Source: a virus
Lineage: Duplodnaviria > Caudoviricetes
DNA length: 64,000 bases
IMG/VR virus record: IMGVR_UViG_3300015608_002119
Coordinates: 32,001 to 96,000 of that record
Reading direction: 5' to 3' (one strand)
Made by a program: the position numbers and the translations under genes. The notes beneath the pieces are model-generated. The model worked only from the letters and a program-made list of their open reading frames with translations, was not told where the DNA came from and did no database searches. This document shows positions 28,692 through 36,965 of the stretch, piece by piece. The number at the start of each line of letters is the position of its first letter. Positions within the stretch are counted from its first letter, which is position 1.

Positions 28692-29786
28692 ATGCACTTC
28701 TTCAACTCAAAGGTTACCGGTTACATACCGGAGCGGCTACTCTATGCGGCACGGCCCTTGTCCGTGCATAGGGACTACTGGGAGTCTGACATATTCGCTG
28801 GAGAAGCGGCGAAGGAGACGTTTGACGTACGAGACACGTACGTCGCAGACTTCAACGCCGAGAAGCAACTTGCTTCTGCGCGCTCACGGGCCATGGCCGG
28901 GAGAGAGCCGAACAGCTCGACTGACGAGCAGCAAGTCTACAATGAACCGATCGACGAGGTTAAAATTATCTCTTTGGAGCGCCGCGGTAACGGTGGGCGG
29001 GCGTGGAAGGTACTGATTGACGACACGTACTGCGTCGATCTTCGCGAAGACGTGTTCCTTGATGCCATTCGGAACGGCAATGGAATGGTCAAGGACATGC
29101 TCCGCGGCCCGTTTCGCTGGTGCTACCTTGGCAACAACATGAAGCTTGTGCGTGTTGGCTCGCGACTCTACGAGGCCGCGTTGGATGCGCATGACCGCCG
29201 TAGCAAGCCGAAGATCCTGGCCAGCCAATTGGTTCCTGGCACCATTTATGCCAACTACCGCGGCAACAAACTGCTTTACATGGGCCTAGTCAAGACAAGC
29301 TCATTGCAAGTTGTAGAGCCTGGCTATAACGGTTACTACTGTGGCTATGGCAGCCCCGCCAGAAACACACAGCCTGTTCGTGTCACGATTGACCACAGTA
29401 AGACGGAGGAGTGGTGGGTACAGCTGCGCGACCGGTGCGATATCAAGGAGCTGGTGACCAAGGGCACGTACACGGTCCACGCCCCTTACCAGCACAACCC
29501 AGAGTATTCCTACACTATCTCTCTGGCGTCCGTGTCTGAGTTTGCAAAGCACAAGACCGTACGGTCTGTGGTGGGTACGGTTGACTTTCCGCTTCCGTCG
29601 CTGGAGACCCATCGGAAGAACAGTGCTGTAAGGCAAGATTCCAACCTCATAAACGGGCACACATACGCGAGCTTTATGCTGGCTACGCTGCGTGCTCCAA
29701 CTGATCCGGCACCTGATTTCCAAGCCGTGCTCGACGCAATGTTCGGGCCAAACCACGGTTACAAGATTGTAACCAAAAAGCCCTAA
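28692..29786 (+). CDS. hypothetical protein
   Basis: 364-aa ORF; I do not recognise the family. Confidence 0.7.
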   Translation: MHFFNSKVTGYIPERLLYAARPLSVHRDYWESDIFAGEAAKETFDVRDTYVADFNAEKQLASARSRAMAGREPNSSTDEQQVYNEPIDEVKIISLERRGNGGRAWKVLIDDTYCVDLREDVFLDAIRNGNGMVKDMLRGPFRWCYLGNNMKLVRVGSRLYEAALDAHDRRSKPKILASQLVPGTIYANYRGNKLLYMGLVKTSSLQVVEPGYNGYYCGYGSPARNTQPVRVTIDHSKTEEWWVQLRDRCDIKELVTKGTYTVHAPYQHNPEYSYTISLASVSEFAKHKTVRSVVGTVDFPLPSLETHRKNSAVRQDSNLINGHTYASFMLATLRAPTDPAPDFQAVLDAMFGPNHGYKIVTKKP

Positions 29787-29792
29787 TGATCA

Positions 29793-30371
29793 TTGAATGA
29801 TCATTCAGCAGTAGCCAATGGAACAAGCACTCAAATGATGAACAACAATCATAACAACAAAGCGCGCAGCGACTCCACGGAAAAGACGTGCCAAGCATCA
29901 CGCTGCACACTGTCAAATCTGCGGGCCTGGAAGCATGTTAGTCAGAAACCGTCGCCGGATTACTGGCGCCTGCCATCATGTCCGGTAGCCTCTGTTACAC
30001 CAGAGAAAAGGTCAGCAAGAAAGACAAAACAACAGCAGCAAGCGCCCGTAGAACCACCAGAAGTGCACGTGTCACCGGGGACGCAGTCGCAGGAAAATAA
30101 CAGTGTCCCGGCCACGCAGCACGCCTCACATGTCGGCCAGACCGGTAGTCTTAAAGCAGTTCTGTTGCTAGGCGGTCTGCGCGAGCTGTTTGGTGGCATG
30201 CACGATGACCTTGGAACCGTGTTACAATCTGGTGGTATCTCAGATGAGATGATCGATCAGCTGAAAGATGTTTCTACAGCAATCGGTCTTGTAGTTGAAG
30301 AACTCAACAACTGCCGAGCCCCTTGTTGCGAGCTACATGGCGCCACTGGCGAAAAGTGTAGCTGCGAGTAG
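29793..30371 (+). CDS. hypothetical protein (start uncertain)
   Basis: Low-complexity N-half, helical C-half with a Cys-rich end. Confidence 0.45.
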   Translation: MNDHSAVANGTSTQMMNNNHNNKARSDSTEKTCQASRCTLSNLRAWKHVSQKPSPDYWRLPSCPVASVTPEKRSARKTKQQQQAPVEPPEVHVSPGTQSQENNSVPATQHASHVGQTGSLKAVLLLGGLRELFGGMHDDLGTVLQSGGISDEMIDQLKDVSTAIGLVVEELNNCRAPCCELHGATGEKCSCE

Positions 30372-30374
30372 CAC

Positions 30375-30404
30375 TTGCCATCCCGCCTCATCCTGTGGTA
30401 AGCT
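30375..30404 (+). promoter_or_regulatory. sigma70-type promoter (TTGCCA-18-TAAGCT, extended TG), leaderless
   Basis: ATG30411 is 6 nt after the -10 box; heads the nuclease-glycosylation operon. Confidence 0.5.
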
Positions 30405-30410
30405 AGTGCC

Positions 30411-31415
30411 ATGGGAACAACGACAGCAGTAACACCACCAACCACACCAGTCAGCAACAAGCACCTCAAGGTGCTGACTGACAGTATTGCGGCGTATAGG
30501 CAGCGCCCAACCGGGCCTGCTGCCATGCGCACTGAGCCAACGCTCGATACGCTCCTTCAAGATATTAGTTCGCAGGCTGCGCACGGGCTTGACATGTCGG
30601 CACCGACCGATATCGACTACCTCTCGCTGCGGAAGAACGTCTCTTATTCTGAGATTGCCGCGTGGATGGAGTGCAACTGGCGGCACAAGCTAAAGTACCT
30701 TGATGACATCAAGATGGAGGCGGACGGGCCATCCGAACATACCGAATATGGCCAAGCAATGCACGATGCCTTGGAGGAGTTTCTCAAGACAAGAAAGTTC
30801 CCATTGTGTTCTGCTGTTGTTGCTGCCATGAACGCCATGTTTGACGCGCTCCCGGAGCAGCGTAAACTGACATTCAAGCGGTCAGACTTTATCGACACGA
30901 TCGAGCCCGTGCTGTCTGAGGTTCCGAAGTTCATGGACGAGACCTTTGGGCCTGAGTGGGAATACGTGGCCGCAGAGTTTCCACTCATGGAAGCCATAGA
31001 CAACCACAACCACCAGTTCAAGGGATATATTGACGGTATCATCCGGGCTAGGGGTGGGAAGCACAAGAACAAATGGGTGTATTACATTATCGACTGGAAG
31101 TGCAGCAGTTACTTCTGGCCGATGGCAAAGCGTACGGACCCAAAGAAGACCATGCAGCTGATCTTCTACAAGTATTTCTATGCGCGCAAGCTCGGGATCG
31201 ATCCTGACGATATCAAGTGCGGGTTTGTAATCCTGCGTCGTTCCAAGAAGCCAGGAAACTGTCTGTTTGTGCCAGTGTCAGCTGGGCCAGCAGCAACCAA
31301 GCGCGCCCTTGAGACCATAGACACCATGCTCTCATACATTCAGAAGAAGATGTTCCCAAAGAACAGGGAGTCTTGCAAGTATTGCGTTTACAAGGGAACG
31401 GACCACTGCCCATGA
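30411..31415 (+). CDS. PD-(D/E)XK exonuclease (RecB/AddB/Cas4-like, probable 4Fe-4S)
   Basis: SYSE...WMEC, G..MHDALE, AEF, GYIDGI, IIDWK, QL.FY, CKYC......HC. Confidence 0.85.
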   Translation: MGTTTAVTPPTTPVSNKHLKVLTDSIAAYRQRPTGPAAMRTEPTLDTLLQDISSQAAHGLDMSAPTDIDYLSLRKNVSYSEIAAWMECNWRHKLKYLDDIKMEADGPSEHTEYGQAMHDALEEFLKTRKFPLCSAVVAAMNAMFDALPEQRKLTFKRSDFIDTIEPVLSEVPKFMDETFGPEWEYVAAEFPLMEAIDNHNHQFKGYIDGIIRARGGKHKNKWVYYIIDWKCSSYFWPMAKRTDPKKTMQLIFYKYFYARKLGIDPDDIKCGFVILRRSKKPGNCLFVPVSAGPAATKRALETIDTMLSYIQKKMFPKNRESCKYCVYKGTDHCP

Positions 31416-32194
31416 CTACGATGACAACAGCGCCTCTTACACCACAGAACAATAGCACTGGCGACGATTATCGATTGCTGGTTAAGTTTCCAACGAGAGG
31501 CCGACCAGAGAAGTTCTTCAAGGTGTTCGATCGATACTACCGAGGCTGCGCCGACCGATCCAGGGTTAAGTTTCTCATCACGGTAGATTGTGATGATGAG
31601 TCCATGCGCTCTGAAAGCGTCGTGAAGCAGCTGCGGGCATACGAGAACATAACCGTCTGCTACGGCCACTCCAAATCAAAGATCGAGGCGGTCAATGCCG
31701 ACATGCACGTTGTCTCCCCAGACGAATATGACATCATCCTGTTGGCGTCCGACGACATGGTGCCGGAGGTAAAAGGCTATGACAGACGCATTCGCGAGGA
31801 AATGGCAAAGACTTACCCAGACACCGACGGCGTGCTCTGGTTCTTTGACGGATATCGTCGTGACTTCAACACGCTAAGCATCCTCGGCAGGAAGTATTAC
31901 GAGCGGTTCGGGTACATCTACCATCCGGGCTATAAGTCGTTTTGGTGTGACAACGAGTTCACAGAGGTAGCAAACCGTCTAGGCAAGCAGACATTCATCG
32001 ATCAGGTGATCATTCGACATGTACATCCGGACTGGATATCTGCGCACAAGCCAACGGCCGAGCTTAACAGTCGCCTAGGGCTTGATAGTACAGGTCCGCT
32101 GCATGACGCAACATTCATGAAGAACCTCCCGTACGAGCAGCATGATAGGGCACTATATCAACGACGTCTAAAGGAAGGGTTCAGCAACCCATGA
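31412..32194 (+). CDS. glycosyltransferase family 2 (GT-A)
   Basis: KFPTRGRP, SKIEAVN, LASDDM, FGYIYHPGYKSFWCDNEF, IIRHVH. Confidence 0.8.
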   Translation: MTTMTTAPLTPQNNSTGDDYRLLVKFPTRGRPEKFFKVFDRYYRGCADRSRVKFLITVDCDDESMRSESVVKQLRAYENITVCYGHSKSKIEAVNADMHVVSPDEYDIILLASDDMVPEVKGYDRRIREEMAKTYPDTDGVLWFFDGYRRDFNTLSILGRKYYERFGYIYHPGYKSFWCDNEFTEVANRLGKQTFIDQVIIRHVHPDWISAHKPTAELNSRLGLDSTGPLHDATFMKNLPYEQHDRALYQRRLKEGFSNP

Positions 32195-32880
32195 GTGGTA
32201 AAAAGATCGTGGCATTCTGTGTTTGGGGAACTGACCCGAAGTACACAGTTGGAGCACTAAGGAACGCAGAGCTCATCAAGGACATATACCCTGGCTGGGT
32301 AGCGCGGTTCTATGTCGGCACCAGTGTCTCGCCGGTGCTAGTGCAGAAGCTGTCACAACGCGGCGCGGAGATTGTGCGTATGTCGGAGGTTGGCGACTGG
32401 ACCGGTATGTTTTGGCGGTTCGCGCCAGCCGGTGAGCCTGATGTTGAAATCATGCTCTCACGGGACGTGGACAGCAGGCTCTCAGAAAGGGAGTCGGCCG
32501 CTGTCGCTGAGTGGGTACGATCTGACAAGCAGTTTCATATCATGCGAGACCACCCAGCGCATATGACAGAAATTCTAGGTGGTATGTGGGGAGCTAAGCG
32601 CGGCGCGATCTCAGATATCAACAGCTTGATCATGAAGTTTAGGTCGAACCAACAAAACAACAACTATTGGCAAGTTGATCAGAACTTCTTACGTGACATC
32701 GTGTATCCAAGAATCAAGCATACAGCAATGGTTCATGATGAGTTCTTTTCCAATCACTATAATGACGGCGGCATGCCATTTCCTTGGCCGCGCAAGAACT
32801 ACGAATTCGTTGGGGACGTGTTTGACTCCATGGACCAAAGGCATCCCGACTACTGGAAGGCACTGGTGACACGGCCATGA
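32191..32880 (+). CDS. putative GT-A-fold glycosyltransferase-like protein
   Basis: FCVWG..PKY..GA..N, MFWRF, SRDVDSR (DxD), FHIMRDHP.H, ILGGMWG, DQNFL. Confidence 0.6.
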   Translation: MSGKKIVAFCVWGTDPKYTVGALRNAELIKDIYPGWVARFYVGTSVSPVLVQKLSQRGAEIVRMSEVGDWTGMFWRFAPAGEPDVEIMLSRDVDSRLSERESAAVAEWVRSDKQFHIMRDHPAHMTEILGGMWGAKRGAISDINSLIMKFRSNQQNNNYWQVDQNFLRDIVYPRIKHTAMVHDEFFSNHYNDGGMPFPWPRKNYEFVGDVFDSMDQRHPDYWKALVTRP

Positions 32881-33761
32881 GCTATAAGGTTCTAATGGTA
32901 CAAGAGCGTGGTAGGCACGCAGAAAATGTGATGTTCCGGGAGAGTGAGAACTTCCGTCGCGCCTTTGCGAGACTCGGAGTTGAGAGTGAGGTGTGGGGCC
33001 TTGGCCAGCCAACGTTTGACCGGCCATTTGACGAAGTTGTACGCGACTACGATGTCGTGTTTGTGATCGAGAACTACGACCAGCAAGGCTGGCTGCCAGA
33101 CTTCGCGGCCATCAAAGGCAAGACCAAGGTGTTTTGGAGCATCGATAGCCACTGTGCCCTTGGCAAGCACGTGTTTTTCGCTAAGCGGTCAAAGTTTGAC
33201 ATACACCTGAACTCAACACCCGGCTATCTCAAGAACTTTGAGCCTTTTTCTGGTAAGTGCGTATGGTTTCCTAACGCATATCCGTCAGACCTGATCGACA
33301 AGCGCCCAGACATCACCAAGTCTTATCCTGTTGGGTTTTGTGGTTCGATGATCGGAGACAGGGCCTCGTGGTTGGCTGACGCGGATACCGTCGTGCCTGT
33401 TAAACGTGACGTGTTCGTGCTTGGTGAGAGCATGGTAAAATGCCTGAACACGTATACCGTTGGGCTGAACAAGTCGATTGGTGACGATATCAACTATCGA
33501 GTGTTTGAGACGCTCGGCGCAGGCACGGCACTGCTAACAAATCATGTCCCAGGAATTGAACAGCTGTTCGAGTGCGACGGTCATCACCTGTTGACATACC
33601 AGGGGAATGACGACATGAAACGCAAGCTCAGGTACCTCCTCGATCACCCGGACACATGTAGAGAGATGGCCGGTGCTGGGTACAAGCACGTGCGCGAGCA
33701 TCACACGTATGACACCAGAGCCAGGGAATTGCTATTGATACTCAATGGAGAGATAAGATGA
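32877..33761 (+). CDS. glycosyltransferase (CgeB/GT1_2-like)
   Basis: WSIDSH, VGFCGS, DINYRVFETLGAG..LLT, AGY.HV..HHTY..RA. Confidence 0.85.
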   Translation: MSYKVLMVQERGRHAENVMFRESENFRRAFARLGVESEVWGLGQPTFDRPFDEVVRDYDVVFVIENYDQQGWLPDFAAIKGKTKVFWSIDSHCALGKHVFFAKRSKFDIHLNSTPGYLKNFEPFSGKCVWFPNAYPSDLIDKRPDITKSYPVGFCGSMIGDRASWLADADTVVPVKRDVFVLGESMVKCLNTYTVGLNKSIGDDINYRVFETLGAGTALLTNHVPGIEQLFECDGHHLLTYQGNDDMKRKLRYLLDHPDTCREMAGAGYKHVREHHTYDTRARELLLILNGEIR

Positions 33762-34612
33762 AGACGTGCCGCAACCTTAGCCAAACAATACTCACGCATC
33801 CAATCGAAGCGCCCAGGTCTGGGATAGTCACGCCGCAGTCCAAGATCTTCACGATGGGCTCATGTTTTGCGTATGAGATCTATTGTCACTTGCGCGACAA
33901 GGGATACAACGTGTTGACGCGGCAACTGTCCGACATCGAACCGGAACTCTTGTGGTACAACACGTACACCATGCGATATGAGTTCGAGAAGGTCGTTGGT
34001 AAGTTCACTCAAGAAAAGAGTGACTACTGGAGCACACACCGCGGATTTCAAGATCCGTACAGGCGGTTCGTGTTTGGCTCTACTGTATCAGAACTATTTC
34101 GGAAGACGCGCGAACTTGACAGGATCATCCACGAAGGCATAACGAGTGCGGATATCGTGGTGCTTACACTTGGACTGACAGAGGTGTTCTTTCAGAACAC
34201 CAACCATAACGCCATCTGTGCAACGCCTGGGTATGGGTCTGGTGGCGGGCATGACACGTACGTCAGGTTCACCGAGTATGGTGAGAACTTTGACAACGTC
34301 GACAGGATTATTCACTTGATCAAGGATATCAACCCGAAGGCAAAAGTCATTATCACTGTGTCTCCTGTGCCGCTTGGCAGCACGTATAGCAACAGCGATC
34401 ATGCCGTTGCCAACACGGAGTCAAAGAGCATACTCAGGGCCGTCGCAGGGGCAATTGTTCGTAAGCATAGCGACATGTGCTACTACTTTCACAGTTATGA
34501 GTTGGCCAACTCATATGACCGGTCCAAGGTCTTTATTGACGATGCGCGGCACGTGAACCGGTCGTTTGTGGCATATATCATGCACGAGTTTGAAAAGCAG
34601 TTTGTTGTATGA
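33758..34612 (+). CDS. GSCFA-domain protein (SGNH-like)
   Basis: Literal GSCFA motif, LTLGLTEV, IITVSPVPL, AN..SKSILRAVA, YF.SYE, D.RHV. Confidence 0.9.
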   Translation: MKTCRNLSQTILTHPIEAPRSGIVTPQSKIFTMGSCFAYEIYCHLRDKGYNVLTRQLSDIEPELLWYNTYTMRYEFEKVVGKFTQEKSDYWSTHRGFQDPYRRFVFGSTVSELFRKTRELDRIIHEGITSADIVVLTLGLTEVFFQNTNHNAICATPGYGSGGGHDTYVRFTEYGENFDNVDRIIHLIKDINPKAKVIITVSPVPLGSTYSNSDHAVANTESKSILRAVAGAIVRKHSDMCYYFHSYELANSYDRSKVFIDDARHVNRSFVAYIMHEFEKQFVV

Positions 34613-35310
34613 GCGTAACAAAAGCAAGTCCGCGACGTGTCCTGGTGATATCACCACACACGGACGATGAGCTGTTTGGCTTGGGTGGCACACTGCTGAA
34701 GTTGAAAGCAACAGCGCCAGACACGTCAATCAAGCTGGTTGTGATGTCGTGCAGCACACGATATCTAAGCCATCTTGGTCGCGACATCACGGCCGAGGAG
34801 CAGTGGGGCGAGTTCTCTGAGTGTGCCAAGCACCTTTCAACGGAGCCGCCGGGTCGCTATATGCTAGACAGCAGGCTTGAGCTTGAACCGTGCTATCGAA
34901 TCGTCAGGTGGTTAGACGAGCTGGTGCAAGATTTTAAACCAACGACGGTGTTCATTCCAGAGCCATCGTACCATCAGGAACACCAACTGGTATACCGGTC
35001 GTGTATTGCGGCATGCAGGCCAACGTTCGGTGAGAAGAGTATTCAGGACGTGTACTTGTATGAAATCCCAACGAGCTGCTGGTCCGGTCCGGACGGGATC
35101 TTCAAGCCAAACGTCTATGTTGACATCGCAACGACCATCGATGAGAAGGTTCGCTTGTTCAAGGAAACATACCGGTTGCAATACACAACCGACAAGCGAA
35201 ACAAGCTCGGCGAGAACGGAATCGTGTCGCACGCACAATATCGCGGCACAGAGGCGGGTCAATTGTATGCCGAATCATTCATGCTGATTCGTTCAACCGG
35301 AGTCCTATGA
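34609..35310 (+). CDS. PIG-L/LmbE family N-acetyl sugar deacetylase
   Basis: SPHTDDELFGLGG, HQEH, YEIP, PNVYVDI, RG......YAESF. Confidence 0.9.
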   Translation: MSVTKASPRRVLVISPHTDDELFGLGGTLLKLKATAPDTSIKLVVMSCSTRYLSHLGRDITAEEQWGEFSECAKHLSTEPPGRYMLDSRLELEPCYRIVRWLDELVQDFKPTTVFIPEPSYHQEHQLVYRSCIAACRPTFGEKSIQDVYLYEIPTSCWSGPDGIFKPNVYVDIATTIDEKVRLFKETYRLQYTTDKRNKLGENGIVSHAQYRGTEAGQLYAESFMLIRSTGVL

Positions 35311-36101
35311 GTTACGGAATAGACAGGATTGTTATCAGCACAGACGACTCACATTTCAGGGAGTTTGCGCATATTGTCAGCGTCGCGTGGCGCAAGGTGT
35401 TTCCGGGCGTCAAGCTCACACTTGCGTACGTTACATCAACAGCAGCACATAGGCGTAAGTTTGAGCGCGACTATGATGACGTAATGGTATTCAACCCAAT
35501 CAATGGAGTACCGGATGCCAACATGGCAAAGATAGCACGTCGTTACGCATGCACACGATACGGCAATGAGGTGTGCATGATAGAGGACATTGACACCGCA
35601 CCACTTAACAGGGATTATCACGCCAGGATCGTTTCTCAGCGAGTGCCCGGAACGCTTGGGATGGTTGGCTTGGAAGTATATGCCGGTACTCCTCATAGCG
35701 GCAAGGCACCTTCCAGCTACACGTGTGGCGAGTCGTACGTTTGGGAACGAGCAATCAACCCGAACGGCTTGGAGTTTGAGGATTGGGCGAGATCATTTAT
35801 CGGCAAACGGGTATTCGATCACAAGGAAGATATCTCGGCGCCCGCTTACCAGTTCTCCGACGAGTCACTGATGCGTGCGATTTTGTCGGAGTCCAAGTTC
35901 ACCAACATCACTCACATCAATCGCGACGCCGATCCCAGAACCGACTGGATTGACCGTAGCTGGTGGGATGTTGACGTTGCGAAACTAAAGCGAAACGAAT
36001 ACTACGTCGTCAACTTCATGCGACCGTTGGATCTTAGGAGGGCACATGACGTGCTCGATCACATTGAGAACCACATGACCTTTGAGGACCACCCAGCATG
36101 A
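35307..36101 (+). CDS. putative glycosyltransferase-like protein
   Basis: AKIARRY, CMIEDID..PL (DxD), SDE, IDRS.W. Embedded in the glycan operon. Confidence 0.55.
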   Translation: MSYGIDRIVISTDDSHFREFAHIVSVAWRKVFPGVKLTLAYVTSTAAHRRKFERDYDDVMVFNPINGVPDANMAKIARRYACTRYGNEVCMIEDIDTAPLNRDYHARIVSQRVPGTLGMVGLEVYAGTPHSGKAPSSYTCGESYVWERAINPNGLEFEDWARSFIGKRVFDHKEDISAPAYQFSDESLMRAILSESKFTNITHINRDADPRTDWIDRSWWDVDVAKLKRNEYYVVNFMRPLDLRRAHDVLDHIENHMTFEDHPA

Positions 36102-36661
36102 CAACTGTTGTTACCATACACCAACCCAGCTTCTTACCATGGATGCCATTCTTCGACAAGGTTCGCAGTGCAGACATGTACGTGGTCTTGTCTGAGTGCC
36201 AATACGAGAAGAACGGCTACCAGAACCGGTTCTTTTATCGCGGCAAGTGGCATACACTGAGCGTCAACAAGGGTATGGAACCAATCAAAAACAAGAGGTA
36301 CGTTAATCCGTACAACGACTGGGAAAAGATCAAGCTAAATCTACCAGACAAGGCGCACGTCTTGTCACAGTTTGATGATCTGATAAGTGACAATCTGCTA
36401 TTGACGAACATGGCGGTCATCAAACGTTGTCTCAGACTGCTAAACATCAACACGGCCGTAGTGTTGGATCCGGTGACAGCACTGACCGGCACTGACAGGC
36501 TGGTTGACATATGCCGGTACTATGGCGCCGATGTCTACTTGTCTGGCCCGAGCGGCAAGAGCTACATGGACACCGCACTGTTCGATCGTGCGGGTATTGC
36601 CGTCCGGTACTGTGATAGCTCTGACAGCTCCTCGCCGCACGTGCTCGACGTGCTCGGCTGA
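36098..36661 (+). CDS. WbqC-family protein
   Basis: IHQPSFLPWMPFFDK...D, QNR, TDRLVDIC...GADVYLSGPSGKSY. Confidence 0.9.
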   Translation: MTTVVTIHQPSFLPWMPFFDKVRSADMYVVLSECQYEKNGYQNRFFYRGKWHTLSVNKGMEPIKNKRYVNPYNDWEKIKLNLPDKAHVLSQFDDLISDNLLLTNMAVIKRCLRLLNINTAVVLDPVTALTGTDRLVDICRYYGADVYLSGPSGKSYMDTALFDRAGIAVRYCDSSDSSSPHVLDVLG

Positions 36662-36696
36662 CCGTCTCACAACTCCCCCGCCAAGCCACCCAATAA

Positions 36697-36775
36697 CCCG
36701 TCCTGTGCCCGATCTTTTCCAGGACGGGTTCCTGGCCGTCCGAACCATTTGGACGCCCAGGACGGGCGTATAGGA
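36697..36775 (+). other. tandem GC-rich hairpins ending in the GGCGTATAGG motif
   Basis: CCCGTCCTG...CAGGACGGG and CCTGG.CGTCCGA...TTGGACG.CCAGG inverted repeats after the WbqC stop. Confidence 0.45.
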
Positions 36776-36782
36776 GCTTGCG

Positions 36783-36965
36783 CCAAACCTAAAAATACAA
36801 CAATCATATCCGACGGTACAAGACTGCGGAACCGAGACATTACGCCTGAACGGTTACACTGTTATGGTGGTGTGGGATGACGACCTCAAACACCACAAAG
36901 AGCTCGTAGTACAAAAACTGAAAGAATTTCTCGGAGAAAACAGTGTATCCACAAAAAAAGCATAA
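36783..36965 (+). pseudogene. remnant C-terminus of a Vsr/DUF559-like (homing) endonuclease
   Basis: ETLRLNGYTVMVVWDDDLKHHKELVVQKLKEFL* with no intact N-terminus. An adjacent frame gives KYNNHIRRYKTAE. AT-rich. Confidence 0.6.

Noticed and set aside
30411-31415. Cas4-like protein as evidence of a CRISPR system
   Set aside because: No array or other cas genes seen; stand-alone PD-(D/E)XK exonucleases are common in phages.
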